In this document: positions 50,002-63,028 of the stretch, in pieces
How positions within the stretch are numbered: the stretch's first letter is position 1
Layout of the letters: the number at the start of each line of letters is the position of its first letter
Source of the DNA: Lophium mytilinum
Taxonomy: Eukaryota
Direction of reading: 5' to 3'
Length of the DNA stretch: 64,000 nucleotides
NCBI GenBank assembly: GCA_010093605.1
Contig: MU004181.1
Span: 3,286,001 to 3,350,000 of the forward strand
Program-made: the position numbers and the translations under genes
Notes under the pieces: generated by a model
What the model was told of the DNA's origin: nothing
Seen by the model: only the letters and a program-made list of their open reading frames with translations
The model's database searches: none

Positions 50002-50721
50002 TAGGGTATTGGTGATGGCCTTTTGACTGACTGAATACCTGATAGCTGGGCCACCCCTGACAGCGGTGTCAAGCAAGCAAAAGCGAAGTCCGAGCAGTAG
50101 GATATCCATCGTCTACTAGGGTGTGTATTTATGGAGACTTAGACGGCTTTTACGAGCGATCGAAAGGGGAGGGTTATATGGACTGGCGTTGCTGGCTGGC
50201 TTGTTCGAATTCTTGACGCCAAAATATATAGTGTAGATATGTGCTTATAAGAACCCAAAGTCTTGTCGTCACGACCACGGACGTTGTTTGACATTCTGAT
50301 CCTTCGTAGATAGACGGATACATGCCGGCTGACGCTTGAGTCGCGTCGATGACTTCCTGGCACATAGTGATACAATGAAAGTTGTGCGACTCTTAGCAGA
50401 ATGCAGCACTCGGTAACTATGACCATCACAACATCGAGCCGTAAGTGCGCATTCTTGGTTGTCGGCGTGACATTGAATGAAGTAACTTGTACATTCCCAG
50501 GTATATGAAAATGATAAAAAATCATTGTTCTGAATAACCTGTACATACATTCGCCAAGACGCCACCAAGGGGGTTTGCCCACTAACAAATGAAATTGGCA
50601 TAAGGATATTTCGTAATCATCCAACACATGTACAAAATTCAAATCAAAGTATATGAAATCATTCCCACCAAGAGCCATATCAACGATACTAGGTCCTTTC
50701 ACCCCCAAACCCTTGTCCAGA

Positions 50722-53700
50722 TCAAACATATCTAAGTCTAGGATCGATTGTCTCCTGAGGCTCGTTGTCCGAAGCGTCGTTTGGATTTGTAGGATCTGAG
50801 CGCGACCCTTGGGCAGAATCGTGGAAGTCGCCCTGGGAGATGCCATATATATTCGCTGGATCCATACTCGCCTCTGGGGCAAAGCAGTCGATGTAGTCTG
50901 CCTGCGCGGTGTATTGGGGAAACGTTGTAGGTAGAAAATCAATAGGTACTTGACTATCTGCTGGTCGCTGTTGAAGTCCTGGCCCATATGTCTTGTAACA
51001 ACGAATCCAACCCTTCAAATGGATGGTGGCGAGGAACTGTCGCTCTGGCGAAAGACCGTTTGCAACAGTCTCGAAATCTTGCTTAAAGCTAAAATCAATG
51101 CGTTCTCCAGTTGAAACAGTGTTGGGGTATATGTCGTTGAGTAAATCTCCGTGCGATTTGAGATAAGCGTAGAATTCGTACCACACGTCACATGTGAAAG
51201 TTTTCAGCTCCGCTTGTGGAAGTGTTTCCGTGAGTTTAAGGAAAACGTTCATGAATTGGCGAATAGAAATGAGAGCAGTTTTTGTCAAGGTATCGTGGCT
51301 CGCCCCCGGTCTAGTTTGATCGGGGTCTTGACTCGATGGCATCTCGCAGGCGCCTTGAGTGGCCCGAGCATGGGGAATTTGCTCTCCAATAGGCCATGGC
51401 ATGTCATAACCTAGAGTGTGCTCTCCATCGCGAAGGTCTTGATCGCGTCCAAGATCTGAAAATGGGTGGGATTGTAGACCCGGTCTGGCGGCGTTATCGC
51501 TGAGTCCTGGGAGTACCACTTCGGGCTGCGACTCTTGTTGAAAGAGAACAGCTTGATCTTGGTCTTCTGCCTGAGAGATAGCAGTAGGAGTCCTCATTGG
51601 TTGGCCGTGAGGTAAGGCCTGAGGGACGACACGCAGTTTGACATTTGGGAACCCATTGCCTAGAGCTGAGATTAGCATGAAAGGCTTCCAGAAACCAGCT
51701 TGACTTGCAAGACTTCCGACTTACGTGGGTCTGGTATTCGATGCACATGCGGGTAGAGCCTTGTGTAAAGATCTTCCCAATGAACAAGGACATCCTTACG
51801 CCTGGGTTGCGGACGGGTGCCTTGGCACTGGGGTCGCTTGTGTCTTCCGTCCCACTCCATCTGGTCTACCACCAGTATCTTGCATTGTTTACAATACTGA
51901 GGTACGATCAATCCGCGGTTTTCCAGGTAAGTCTTATGAGACTTGAGATGCCGTCGTAAGTCCGACATAGTCTTCGCTAGGTACCCACCGATGCAATCGC
52001 GCTCATCCTGCTGAACATTTTCAAGTTCTTCATACTTGTGCACTGGGCAAGCGAAAGTTGCTTTCTCAGTATCACCTCCTTTTGATGGGAGTGCTTTCAG
52101 CTTCTTCTGTGTGCCGTCGTCTTCGCCTTCGGAATCTTCACGTTCGAATCCTCGAGATCGTTTGCCGATGCTACGTTGGCTCGAAACCCTAGTTCCGGAC
52201 TGTCCGGAATTTGTAGATATTCCGGTCTCTGTAGGTTTTGTAGCTACAGGTGAGGTGTTTGATGAAACCCCACGAGCTGCCTGCTTGACATGATCCTGAG
52301 TCAAATGGGAGCCGAGGCCAGCCAGATCGAAATTGTTCGGAGTTCTCAGGGGCTGCCCAGACGTCAATTGACTCTGGCAGCCTGCACGTTGCCTAGCAAA
52401 GTCGATATCTGCTAGGACGCATTTTCCATGCGAAATTGCGGCCCCTAGACCTGGGCTTCTGTGAAGGGCTAACCGGAGGAAGGCATTAGGATCCAGAGAA
52501 TTCTGGGATCTGACTCGGGGAAGTTCGAAGGCAATCGAGGGTGCTGGTGCATGGGTTGAGACATCGAAGCGATGGGTTCGTTGGGCAAACGGGCGAGTGC
52601 CTTGATCTGGGCGGCCCAGTGCGCGAGAAAACGCGGAGGCGTCCACATTGTCTTCACTGATTGCAAGATTAGATTAGTACGGACTAAGTGTTTGTATCTA
52701 GGATCTTACAATTTGAAGTTAAGGACTTGAACAGAGGCGTCCCACCGCCGGAAGCATTTATTGACAAGAGATGGGTCCCGGACGGAGTGGAGCTGGCTCA
52801 CGAGATAGTCGAAACTTTTACTAGCATCGTCTGTGTCCTTCTGCATTGAACTTATGTGTTCCGTAGACTTTGGATTTCGTTCTATTCGAGCCTGGTTAGG
52901 ACTCCGGTTCCTATGTTCTTGACTCATAGCGTCAGGTGGCTGTGTCGCTGGAAGGCGACTTTCTGAGTCAATTTGACCTTTTTCTCGGACGGGGAGCCTT
53001 AGCTGATAGGAGAACGCTGAAAGAGGCCCAGATAATTTCCCAAACTTGGTGGTAAGTTGGTCCTTATCATCGTGGCCGAAGTGACGTGGGCGCTCACTAG
53101 GAGATGCCTCCATCCATTGAGACATAGTCAAACCATTCTCAAAGTGAGTGGCGATATGTTGAACCCTTTGAAGCCAGGTTTCGAAGGATAAATCACAAAA
53201 TCCACATGTTCGGGGAAAATCCGCGACATAATCAACCTGTGATGCCCTGATAAGCTTTGACCGAGGATCGCCGTAGCCACTATGGCCGTTGTCGATGTGC
53301 AAACCAAGTTGATCCTGACGATGAGTGATGAATGCCTCATGGATGGAAGACGGGCAAAGAACGCATATCCAGACTTGTTGCGGGTATCTGATCTCCTCGT
53401 GCTGCTTGAAGTCATCTTTGCGCTTTGAGCTGGCTCCGCATCCTGAAGTGCATTGGTATTTCCCCTCGGCCGACGTGTGATGATTGATTTCTTTCGGGCA
53501 TTTGCTCAACGCCTCTGCAGCGTAGCGCTCCACTCGGTGTAATCTCTCTTCTCGTGTCCATTCACTGAATCGATCATCATTCCAATATGGGGTTGTAACT
53601 TCAGGTTCCAGCGTGTTTGGAGGAGATGAGGTGCGAGTATAAAATCCTGTTTCTTCGGCCTGAGGCAAGCTACCGTAAGTTGAATCGCGAGACTCGCTTG

Positions 53701-54202
53701 GGTGGGAGCTCAATTGAGTCAAGTGGGTGCTTGGAGGGGTCGATTCTATGAATCCGCGACCTGGCGAATCGACTCTGGGGCGTTTGCTTCGCGCGTGCCG
53801 GTAGTTGGCTTCGTCCACATTCCCCGTACTCGAGGGTGTTGCGTCGGAGGATCCATGACGGCGGCAGCGCGTTGGGGTGTGAGAGCTACCAAAAAACAAT
53901 GTCAGCAGAGGGAAAGACGTAAAAGTCAACAGGGTGGATTACATGAGAAGAGATCTGCTCGGAAACGTAGAAGAGCACCCGTCGCAATCATACCGTACTC
54001 TCTTAGGGTGGGTATGGTCTGGTTCCGCTTCAGTGGGCTGAGCACATTGCTCACTTACGCTCCTGTAGAGCTTGACACGGCCCCGAGGCTTGGAACCACG
54101 GTTAGCATTTGGTACACGGTTAGGAATGGAGTAGACGCTCACCCGGCTGAAAGACACATGGGCGGCCCTCGGCACGTAAGGCATGCAGGCAAAGCTGAAC
54201 AA
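50722..54202 (-). CDS. Large multi-exon hypothetical protein with C2H2-like zinc fingers (5' end uncertain)
   Basis: ORFs 52706-53929, 51672-52646 and 50722-51678 join in frame via GTAAGA..CAG (52709-52657) and GTAAGT..AG (~51724-51666). A further intron lies at ~53886-53942. Motifs: YQCTSGC..FKQHE, WICVLC, CGFC..HIATHF, FACPVHK..RRHLKSH. Confidence 0.6.
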
Positions 54203-54549
54203 GGCGGGAAACGCCTTTGGAGCCTTGGAGCGAGGAAAAAGTACAATAAGTCGACCCTGGGGGCTCTGTTGGACCCCAAACCTCTCCGGGAGAGCTTCCT
54301 ATCGCAATCTTCGTCCGTTCGAAAAGTGAGATATCTCAATAAGTGGGCGAAATGTACGTCCTCTCTAACGGCAAGGCTGAAACAATACTGAAGAAGCTTA
54401 CGCATGTACTATAAATTTAAAAATATTGGAACGATGAAGAGGAAGGGAAGGGGAGAATGCGATTCCGGGGAGAAGAGCCCGGAAAAGGGCCCATCCCCCT
54501 CCCAAACTACACGAGAGACCAAGCGGTCAAGGGCGGATGTCGTGTTGTT

Positions 54550-54588
54550 GAGATGCTGAGATGCAGAGATGCAGAGATACAGAGATGC
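54550..54588. repeat. 8-bp microsatellite (GAGATGCA) x~5
   Basis: gagatgct gagatgca gagatgca gagataca gagatgc. Confidence 0.85.
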
Positions 54589-56158
54589 CCCAGCACAGCC
54601 ACAGTAACTCTCTTGCTCCTAGGTATGCCGATCACCGGGCATAACGAAGGGCAAGCCACCAACAGCAAGCAAGGAGACCAACAGATCTCTCAAACATCGC
54701 TCTCCAGATGTGTAACCGTCGTTTTCAAAAAACAATTCTTCAAGAAAATAATCATATCGTCCAAGAATGAATATGAACCCTGGACTGCGGGAGGCTGACT
54801 TTCTAGCACCGTTTCGGCTATACCGATAGCGCTTCGTATAGCTCACGACAGACCTCCCCGGAGACATGCACGACGATCAACAGCGACACAAACACCGTCG
54901 TCATTCCGGCTTTTCTATACCTGCGCAATGCCGCAGCTACTCTTCACCCCAGGAGCGCGAGCAATTTGGTACGCACTGGCTCACAGGCCTTTCGCCAACC
55001 AAAAACGCGACCGAGCGAGTGAGACCACGGCGGCTAAGCTTGATGCCACGGACGACAAGACCGCGATTGAAGGAATGAGCGCACGAACAGCACCGTACAG
55101 TACAGCACCGTCGCATTAAGTCCTCTTCTTGATCGAGTATGATTATATGGGAAGTTCGGACTTGAAGAAATGACAACCAGGATTCGATCAAAACAAACCT
55201 TTCCAAGCGCTACGGAGTGTCGACATCTATATCCAGCTATCTCCAGGAGTCGATCTCATACCGCCAAAGGCCGCGTGGTCGATAAAATCAAGGAGATTTT
55301 GAGCATCATCGAGTACCTACCCGAAGATGACGACACATATCTGATGCGAACGATCAAAGCCTAGTTCTAACGCGCCGAGAATGTGCCGCCTATGGGGAAG
55401 ATAGTTCGTCTGGCTACACACTTCCGAGATGCCAGTCTTCCAATGCGACGTTTACCGAGGTACGTTACTCTGTGCTTCAACATGAACAGCGCTGACCAGA
55501 CAAAGCCAGTTGACCCGGACTTGAAAATCGAAACCTCCTAGTGCATCGTTGCAATGTTCATAAAGCTTTTCATAGTCCGCAAAATTCACGGAATGTCGAG
55601 TCCCTCTCCCAATATCGCAAGAGCGTAGTTGGTACGCAATTGGAGAATAGTACGTCGCACCCGAAAGCGTGTTAGGTCGGAAAGGATGATAAAGAGTTGA
55701 GCGTCCCAGACTTGAAATTGGGAGTCGTAGCCGTTGCTACCGGCGTTGGTGTTGGTATGGGTTGACCATTCATCTTGCGGCGATTGGTCTCGCGATCGAC
55801 AGTGGCATGGTGGCCCTGGTTGGAGTACTTGAGACGGTCTTATCTTGTATGCCCAAGTAACGATGGCCTTTTGATAAGGAACAATGGTGTAGATGGGTGT
55901 TGGATGAAAGAGGAGAGTTTGATCAGGTTAGATGACGGCGTGACTCGTCACTCGTCGCACGTGGCAGGACATCATGGTGCTCCGTGTTCATAAAATGTTT
56001 CAAGCGCATCATTCCAGGGGTTCCTTTGGTGCATGTTCCATGTTTGAAAATGATTAGTAGGATAAGATCCTTGCTTCATGGAAGGGCCCCGTTTGTATGA
56101 CTCCACTAAAGGTCCAATTGGTTCCAGTATCTTTTGGACCCCCTACAGCCATAGCATT

Positions 56159-57130
56159 GAAGGACGCCTAACGGTCGTAAACACGGTTCAGATCATAGTT
56201 CAGACGAGGACTTGATTTCCGTGGTGAGAATCATTAGATTGCTCTCCAAAAACCACACCGCGTCAAAGCACTTCTAACGTTGGTGTCGAAGACGCAAGTC
56301 CTAGCTTCGGTAAGCTCGATCCTAAAGGTAAAGGCCCTCGCACCTTTTCCCAAGTCTTTCATACAACGTCGGAGGACGTCTAACAGCAGGAAGCAAAGGT
56401 TTCCGAAATAGCAAAGAAGCAGCTTGATTCAGGACGTGAAAACCATATCATCGCTTTCAAGGACTTCATGCCGCACTGAAGACCTTCTAACCTTGGTAAA
56501 CAGAGGTGGAGATATGCATCAGGCATCGGCCTGGCTCACAGCATGCTGATTGCTACATTGGTTTTAGATATATCACACAATCTTGAAGCACCTCTACTAG
56601 TGGCATGCAGGTGCCCGAGTTGCAGCCTATACGGAGGCTTGATTCACAGCGGTATGCCAGTTACATCGTCCCCGATTCATTCTTAGGATCTGGAAGGACC
56701 TCAAGCGGCAACAAACGAGCGTCCAGAGGACGTCTAATGCGACAGCCTGATTCAGGGCGTGCGAAGTTCAACATTGGTCGTGAAACTTTTAGGAGGTATC
56801 AAAGGACCTCTAACGGTACTATAGGCATGTTACATTAACAGCTTGAATGTAAACTTGGTACATGATGTAGCAACTTTGATATTATTTTCATTCCAGCCAT
56901 AGGTTGCTGGAGGACCTTTAGCATACAGCTAGAGTGCGAGCTTGATTTACGACATGATAGCCTTGACATCATCTCTCAAATATTATACCACACTAAAGGC
57001 TTCCTGACAGTACCAAACAAGCATCAAAACCAGAGTTTCTCAGCCCCTCTAATTCAGACTGTGTCGATTCTGACATCCTACTGGCAATTTTCGTGCAGCG
57101 CCAACGGACTTCCAACAGCATCAAGCCGAT
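56159..57130. repeat. Degenerate tandem array, ~107-bp period, ~10 units
   Basis: AGGACCTCTAAC-like motif at 56161, 56267, 56373, 56480, 56587, 56695, 56803, 56911, 56997 and 57105. Second motif CTTGATTC at about +50 in most units. Confidence 0.8.
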
Positions 57131-57244
57131 GTCAACTTCGTGTTAATGTTCTTACCAATATCATGTTCACGCCTAACAACATGTTTCTGTCTTAAGATAT
57201 ACCCACGCTATGCTGCATGTTCCATCACGATTGACACACGCTTC

Positions 57245-57610
57245 CGCCTCAAGATTGAGCTACGCCATGCCCGCATCATCTATCATTACTACTAATAACG
57301 ACACCTTGACATACCCCATTCCTGCTTCAAGATCGAACTACCCAACGTCTACATGATCCACCATTACGGCCAACAGCCTCGACGCAAAGGCCCTTCTCTC
57401 GTCACAAGATCGAACTACACTTTACCCGATCATCCACCATTACTACCAACAAGGTCGACTTAACGTGCCCCGTTCTTGGTTCAAGATTGAACTACCCCAC
57501 GCCTACACAATCCACCATTACGACCCACAGCCTTGGCGCAAAGGCCCTCCTCTCGTCTCAAGGTCGAATTACCCTATGCCCGCATAAACCACCATTACCA
57601 ACAAAACCCT
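57245..57610. repeat. 77-bp tandem array (5 units) with A/B dimer higher-order structure
   Basis: CAAGATYGAACTAC-like starts at 57250, 57328, 57405, 57482 and 57559. Shared ATCCACCATTAC-like block; CGCAAAGGCCCT only in units 2 and 4. Confidence 0.9.
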
Positions 57611-57648
57611 CCACCCAACCGCCCCAAAAACTACATAATCCCCTCTCC

Positions 57649-58383
57649 TCACAAAAACTCAAACCCCCTCCTCGCCTCCGCCTCTCTCACCCCCAAAACC
57701 TCAAAAACCCCCCTTCCCCCCTCCTCTCCCTCCTCATCTTCCCCCTCTTCTCCACCCCCTTCCCCCCCTCTTTCCTCACCCAGCCCCAACCTCGCCCTCC
57801 TCCTCGCCCTCAACACCCTCGCCTCCTCGGGGCTCACATCCTCCTTCCCACTCCCCTTACTATCCCTCCGTGGCCTCTTCCTATACCGCTCCCTCAGCAC
57901 GCTAGTCAACTGGTCCACCGGCTGCGTCTCCCGCCACTCTCCCCCTTCATCCTCACTAAGCACCGAAAGCGGGCCCTGCGGCTCGGGATGGCGGAGCGAA
58001 AGGGGGTCGAGCGAGCTGACGTCTCGCGGGGGAACAAAGCGCGGAAACGGGGACGCTTGCGGGGGTTCTGGTGCTTCGCAGGCCGGGAGCGTGGGCGAAG
58101 CGGACGACGACGAGGTGCGTGGTGGTGACGGTGATGGCGACGGTGACGGTGATGGCGTTGGAGGCGGAGGGGTGATGGCGCGGCGGATGTAAGTGCGATG
58201 CGTGCGGATTTTGGGCATTCTGTTGGCATTCGGGCGCGGAGCGTTGTCTTTTCGCTTGCTTTTGGTGGTTTGAGACGCGCGAGTGGTAGGGGGGCGGCGG
58301 GCACGCTGTCCAGCAGCGATGCGGGCGTTTTCTGCGGCTTCGAGGGCGCGGAGGGACAGCTTGGGGCTTGGTCTTAGGCGCAT
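57649..58383 (-). CDS. Hypothetical low-complexity (Pro/Ser, Arg/Glu/Gly-rich) protein
   Basis: Open frame from AAAATG at 58383 (MRLRPSPKLSLRALEAAENA). No domain recognised; the ORF may partly reflect base skew. Confidence 0.4.
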   Translation of the reverse strand: MRLRPSPKLSLRALEAAENARIAAGQRARRPPTTRASQTTKSKRKDNAPRPNANRMPKIRTHRTYIRRAITPPPPTPSPSPSPSPSPPRTSSSSASPTLPACEAPEPPQASPFPRFVPPRDVSSLDPLSLRHPEPQGPLSVLSEDEGGEWRETQPVDQLTSVLRERYRKRPRRDSKGSGKEDVSPEEARVLRARRRARLGLGEERGGEGGGEEGEDEEGEEGGRGVFEVLGVREAEARRGFEFL

Positions 58384-59168
58384 TTTCGCGGGTATTGGTG
58401 GATTTGAGAGGTTTATGGTAGCGCTGACGTGGTAGAGAAAGGGTACTTGCTGCTTCTTCTGGTGGTGGTGATGATGATGAATATGGTGGTGATGAGGATG
58501 AAGAGGAAATGTGGTTGAGCGTGAGGATGAGGAAGATATAGAAACAGTCACAATAGCATGGAAACAATAGGAAACAACAATAGAGACACAATAGAGGCAT
58601 TCTGACTATGTATGGGGGGTGTCATAGTGAAGTGGTGAGTATCAATGGTCCGAGCGTTGACACGGGGCTCGGTTTGCTTGCTTCTTGTCACAACAATATT
58701 CAGATGGAAAGACCCTTTACTTGACATAAGGAAATAATGAGACTAGTAGTCTGTGACTTTAACTTCCATTATACCCAAGCAAACCGTCGTAGTTCCCTTT
58801 AGAAGTGGGCATGCAAACCTCTCCTGATGGCCGTTGACGATTGCTCGCCGCCGTTTGAAGCCCGTCAGTACCTTGATGAAGAATCATATGGGATGTAATG
58901 TCCTCTCACGCCTATGTTGGGATCGGCGTCTGCATGCTCTTGAGCGACTACTTACTCAATGAGGCGGCTTCGGCCATGTTTTCCGACAGGCAAGAAAGGG
59001 GCAATATTGAAGCAGGTTAAGCAAACCTACGACAGTGACAAGCGAGCTACAGCAAGTTTGGTCGGCTTTTTCGAAGCAGGAAAGGCCCTTGAAGCACTTC
59101 TAGCAGCACGCAGGGTTCACCTTATCAGCACAATGATAGATATCTGCCTAACGCATTGCTTGGAGAGT

Positions 59169-62100
59169 CTAGTCTCTATCCGGATCTTGGACTGGTTTGG
59201 CACCTGCGCATGATTAGCATCGCTGCGTCTGACATCGGCATTATAGTCACAGTAGAACTTACCTAAGACCCATCCCAAGCCACTGGCCAAGCCGCCAGTC
59301 ACAGCACTCGCCACCATGTCCCGTTTACGAACTCTCCCACCTTCGTCACTCCCTGCAAAACTCCCAGCTTCACTTCCCAGATCTGATGACATTCGAGCAT
59401 GGCCGCTGTCGCCACGATTGGCCCCCGTAGCGCTATCGGTGTTGACACTCGCACCTCTGAGCGGGAACGCACTCCTTGAGAAAGCCGCCGCGGCACCTCT
59501 TGCAACATCAAACAGTCCCATTGGCGTCTCCTCAACAGCCCCTCGGCCGACTTCTCTTCGAGGCTGGATAGCGACAGCCTCTGTGAAAGCTCCTGGTAGT
59601 TTCTGATCGGCTCGATCATTAAAGCGCAGCTCAGCTTCATTCTCCTGGGCTAGTAGCGTCGTCATCTCTTCTTCGCATTCTTGCCAGACACCAAGCACCT
59701 CTGGCAGGTTAGCCGGGGGCGCTAGAAGCAGCGCTTGACTGAGCAACTCCATTCGTTGCTCCAGTCTTCGCAAGATTGGAGGCGCGGTCGATCCGGCGGA
59801 GTTGTACGAGCCCGACATTGGTGAAGAGCGATGGCGTCCTGCGAGAAAAGCAGCGCGCCACGAGAGATCGTCTTCGTCTTTCTTCTGGCGACTAGACGTC
59901 AGGTAGTCGACGGCGATGGAAGGTCTCCTATCCATGGAAGGTCGCCTACTATCCGTCGGTGTGAGGGGTGACAGAGGCCCTATAGGCGACATCGGCGTCG
60001 CCGGCGTTCCTGGTGTTGAAGGAGTCCCAAAATAATTCGGGGGCGATAGACGGTTGACGACGTACGAGTAAGCAGTCTCAAAGTCATCTTCTGCAAGGGC
60101 AGCCTCGATGGCCATGCCAATGACTCGTCTTTCTGCAGTGTTCTTGCGTCGACTCGATTCGGTGGGAGTAAGATCCATGACAAGGTCAGGCGCGGCTCCG
60201 GAAACTCTAGAGGGTGTTGCAATGACCAAATTTTGGCCGATTGAGATAAAATCATCAAGATGGGTATAGCTGCGTGGATTCTGGTCCAAGACCTTCTCCA
60301 ACAGCGTAAGTGGGTCGAGACTAGCCCGGATCATGACGGGTTTGAACGGAACGCCATGCTGAAGAGTCAAAGAATAGAAAGATAATGCATGTGTCGCAGA
60401 GATGAGAGCCTTGCTTCTCTGAAACATGGAAGAATTTGGAAAATATTTGTCGAACGTCGAAATGATATCGGCAGCCTTCTTCATGCCCCCTCTAGTTCGA
60501 TTCCCATTGCTGGCGTTGTCGTAGTGGGCCATGGCAGCTGTGATGATCACGGTTTCGATTTCTTCCAATGAAAGACGGTGATACGGAGTTGCGCTGATGT
60601 ATATCTTGACGGCGAGTGTGTGGCGACCCGTGTCTAAGAAAGCTCGTAGGATTTCTCTCTCGAAGACTCCCCTCTCTACTTTCCCAAACACTCCTGCTCC
60701 GAACAACGCGCCATTCTCATCGACATCGATTCCCCAGTTCCACAGCCAAAGTAGTCGATCCCTCACTAGTGACCATTGTTCATCATCTTTCTGGGGCCCG
60801 GTGGTTAATCCGTGCAACACCTTCTGAAGCGTGCCAAATTGCTCGTCATCGGTCTTGTGGAAGCGCATTTTTGCAACGTTCATTATGGATATATTATAAC
60901 TTAAACCACCGAAATTGTAAGCCGAGTATACAAACATCTGCAGAAGGCAAAATGTTTGCACCTCCGGCTTTGTTAGCGGATTATCGGCACGAAGGAGCAC
61001 GTCTTTTTGAAAAAGAGTAGCGGATGTTTCTTGTAAGATCGGGGAGGCCGTATCGATCTTTGGTAATAGCTCGACAGTGGTTGCTAGGCCTGGGGGTGGC
61101 TCAAAGTCCATGAGCGTTGCTAATCGAACTAAGAGCGAATGTGCTCCTTCGATGGTCTCTGGAGTATTGGCCTCAACTGAATATGCACTTGCGAGAGCTG
61201 ACTGAGCATATCGGATCTCGAGTCGCCGCTGTGTTTCCTCTTCGAGGTATTGATGACCCTCGTCATAGCCTCCCAGATCCGCGTCACTTGGCCCATCCCA
61301 GTCTTCTATGGCCCCCGTCACGAGAGGAAAGTCATTGGTAGCGGTATGAACGAACCATGCGAATAGACATTCCCAGTCTTCATCAGACTCTGGTACGGGT
61401 TCTTCAGGAGATGAGCTGGTGCGTTGTGTGACTGTACTGGTCTGGTTGTCTGCTACTGACGACTCTCGCCTGCCAGTATTTAATCTCCGCCTTTTCCTAT
61501 CGTTATACCCATACATCCACGGGCCCACAAGTCCCCTCAAATCCCTCCCTGTTTGTGGAGCTGTTCTCTTGTCCGCGACGGGCTTCTGGGTGGGAGACAG
61601 GAACATATCGACAACTTTTGGGGCCCTCATTTGGCCGAATTCCTGCAAGGTAGGAATCGCACTGTGGGGATAGTACTCGTAGCCGTACCGAAGTAAGGGC
61701 AGAATTGAGGATATGAACCAAGTTCTCAAGTATTCGGAGTGTCGAAGAAAGGGCACAATGAGCTGTGGGACCAGTTCCAATAGGCCTGTCTCCGCATCAA
61801 TGCGATGGGCTCGGTGGACGAGGAAAGACGTGAGTATGTCTTCCGGCGTATCGGGCGTGTAGGAGGAATGAGCCAGTTGGAGCAGGTGCAGTTTGTGTAC
61901 TCCTTTCCGTGCTATCCTCTCTGACAGGTCCGCGACCGGGGAGATGTCAAGAGGGGTAGCATTGTCCTGCCCTTCTGAGTATATTCTTGACGCCGTTTCG
62001 TGGACGAAGGTGGTGTATAAGGTAGGTTCCGTGCTCTCGGGAAGGTAACTAAGTATGATCCTAAGTGTAAGCTGAGGATTGAAGGCGTCTTTCCGGGATA

Positions 62101-62197
62101 TCGTTAATGTGCGGAGGGCGGTGATGTTGGCTTCCGTGGCATATTGCACCGCAAGGAGGACGATTCGAGGCACGGAGAGCCTCGCAGCTTCAGCCAT
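59169..62197 (-). CDS. SEC39: Sec39 (Dsl1 tethering complex subunit)
   Basis: LRIILSYLPES, RAHRIDAETG, YDNASNGNRTRGGMKKA, HALSFYSLTLQHGVPF, RVRKRDMV..GLASGLGWVLG. Terminal intron ~59203-59262, then GAKPVQDPDRD*. Confidence 0.92.
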
Positions 62198-63028
62198 GGA
62201 CAACGATCTGAGGCAGGATTACTGGGAAGAGTGGTGGGGCATGTCGTGAGGAGAGAGGCCACATAGGTGGAGAGCGGTGTCGATAATGGAGCTTGATGGA
62301 TTTCTTGGGCGCGTTCTAGGTTCGTGATGCGCGCTGGCTTACTAGCGTCTGACGTTTTAGCTATGTGGGGTGAACACTGCTCATTGCGCTGCGGTGCGCC
62401 TGGGCGCCACTAGATAGCCAATCTGATCTGCCTCATCGATCACGTTCGATTTGAATGCTGTAATTTCACCTATCAAGGGCAGATTGATATAAGTCCCTCA
62501 GATGCGAATTCCACAACAGATGTTGTAGATATAAGTTGGAAAGATTTGAAGGGCTCCATGAGACATTTCGACATCAGAATTGATTTTAGTCACGAGGTTA
62601 AGCAATCAGATGCTTGTTTTTGTTGTGTTCTGAGGGAATGAATCCAATCCCCTTCAACGGACCCTCTATCTCAGAGCCAATTCATTACAAACATGCTATG
62701 CTAAACTCAGGTATGCACCTACAACGCCAACGCTTGCGCCGAATGCAGTGAAGAGAAAGAAGAAAGGCCAGCGATACCGCGCCTTCGTCTGCCTGCAAAC
62801 GATATCTGGAACGTCATGGAAAAGGAGTGAAGTAAGAGCCGTCAGGGATGAAACAGAAATCCACAAATCCCTCGCGGGCATGGAAAGCGAAAAGAAGGAA
62901 ACACAGGAAAGAGAGTCATCTGTACATAAACCCGCCTTGCAGGTTGTCGTCGCAACTCCTCTAATCTGGCATCGGTTTCAACGTGGTGCTGCTCACACCT
63001 TACCTCTGAAATCTTTCACCACAACATC

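Noticed and set aside
50139..50987. 282-aa minus-strand ORF
   Set aside because: Overlaps the end of the zinc-finger gene in another frame and has no recognisable features.
56159..57130. CRISPR interpretation of the motif-spacer array
   Set aside because: Fungal context, imperfect repeats, spacers homologous to each other, and no cas genes.
57487..58600. Several long overlapping ORFs on both strands
   Set aside because: Explained by extreme C/G skew and low complexity suppressing stop codons; only one frame kept, at low confidence.
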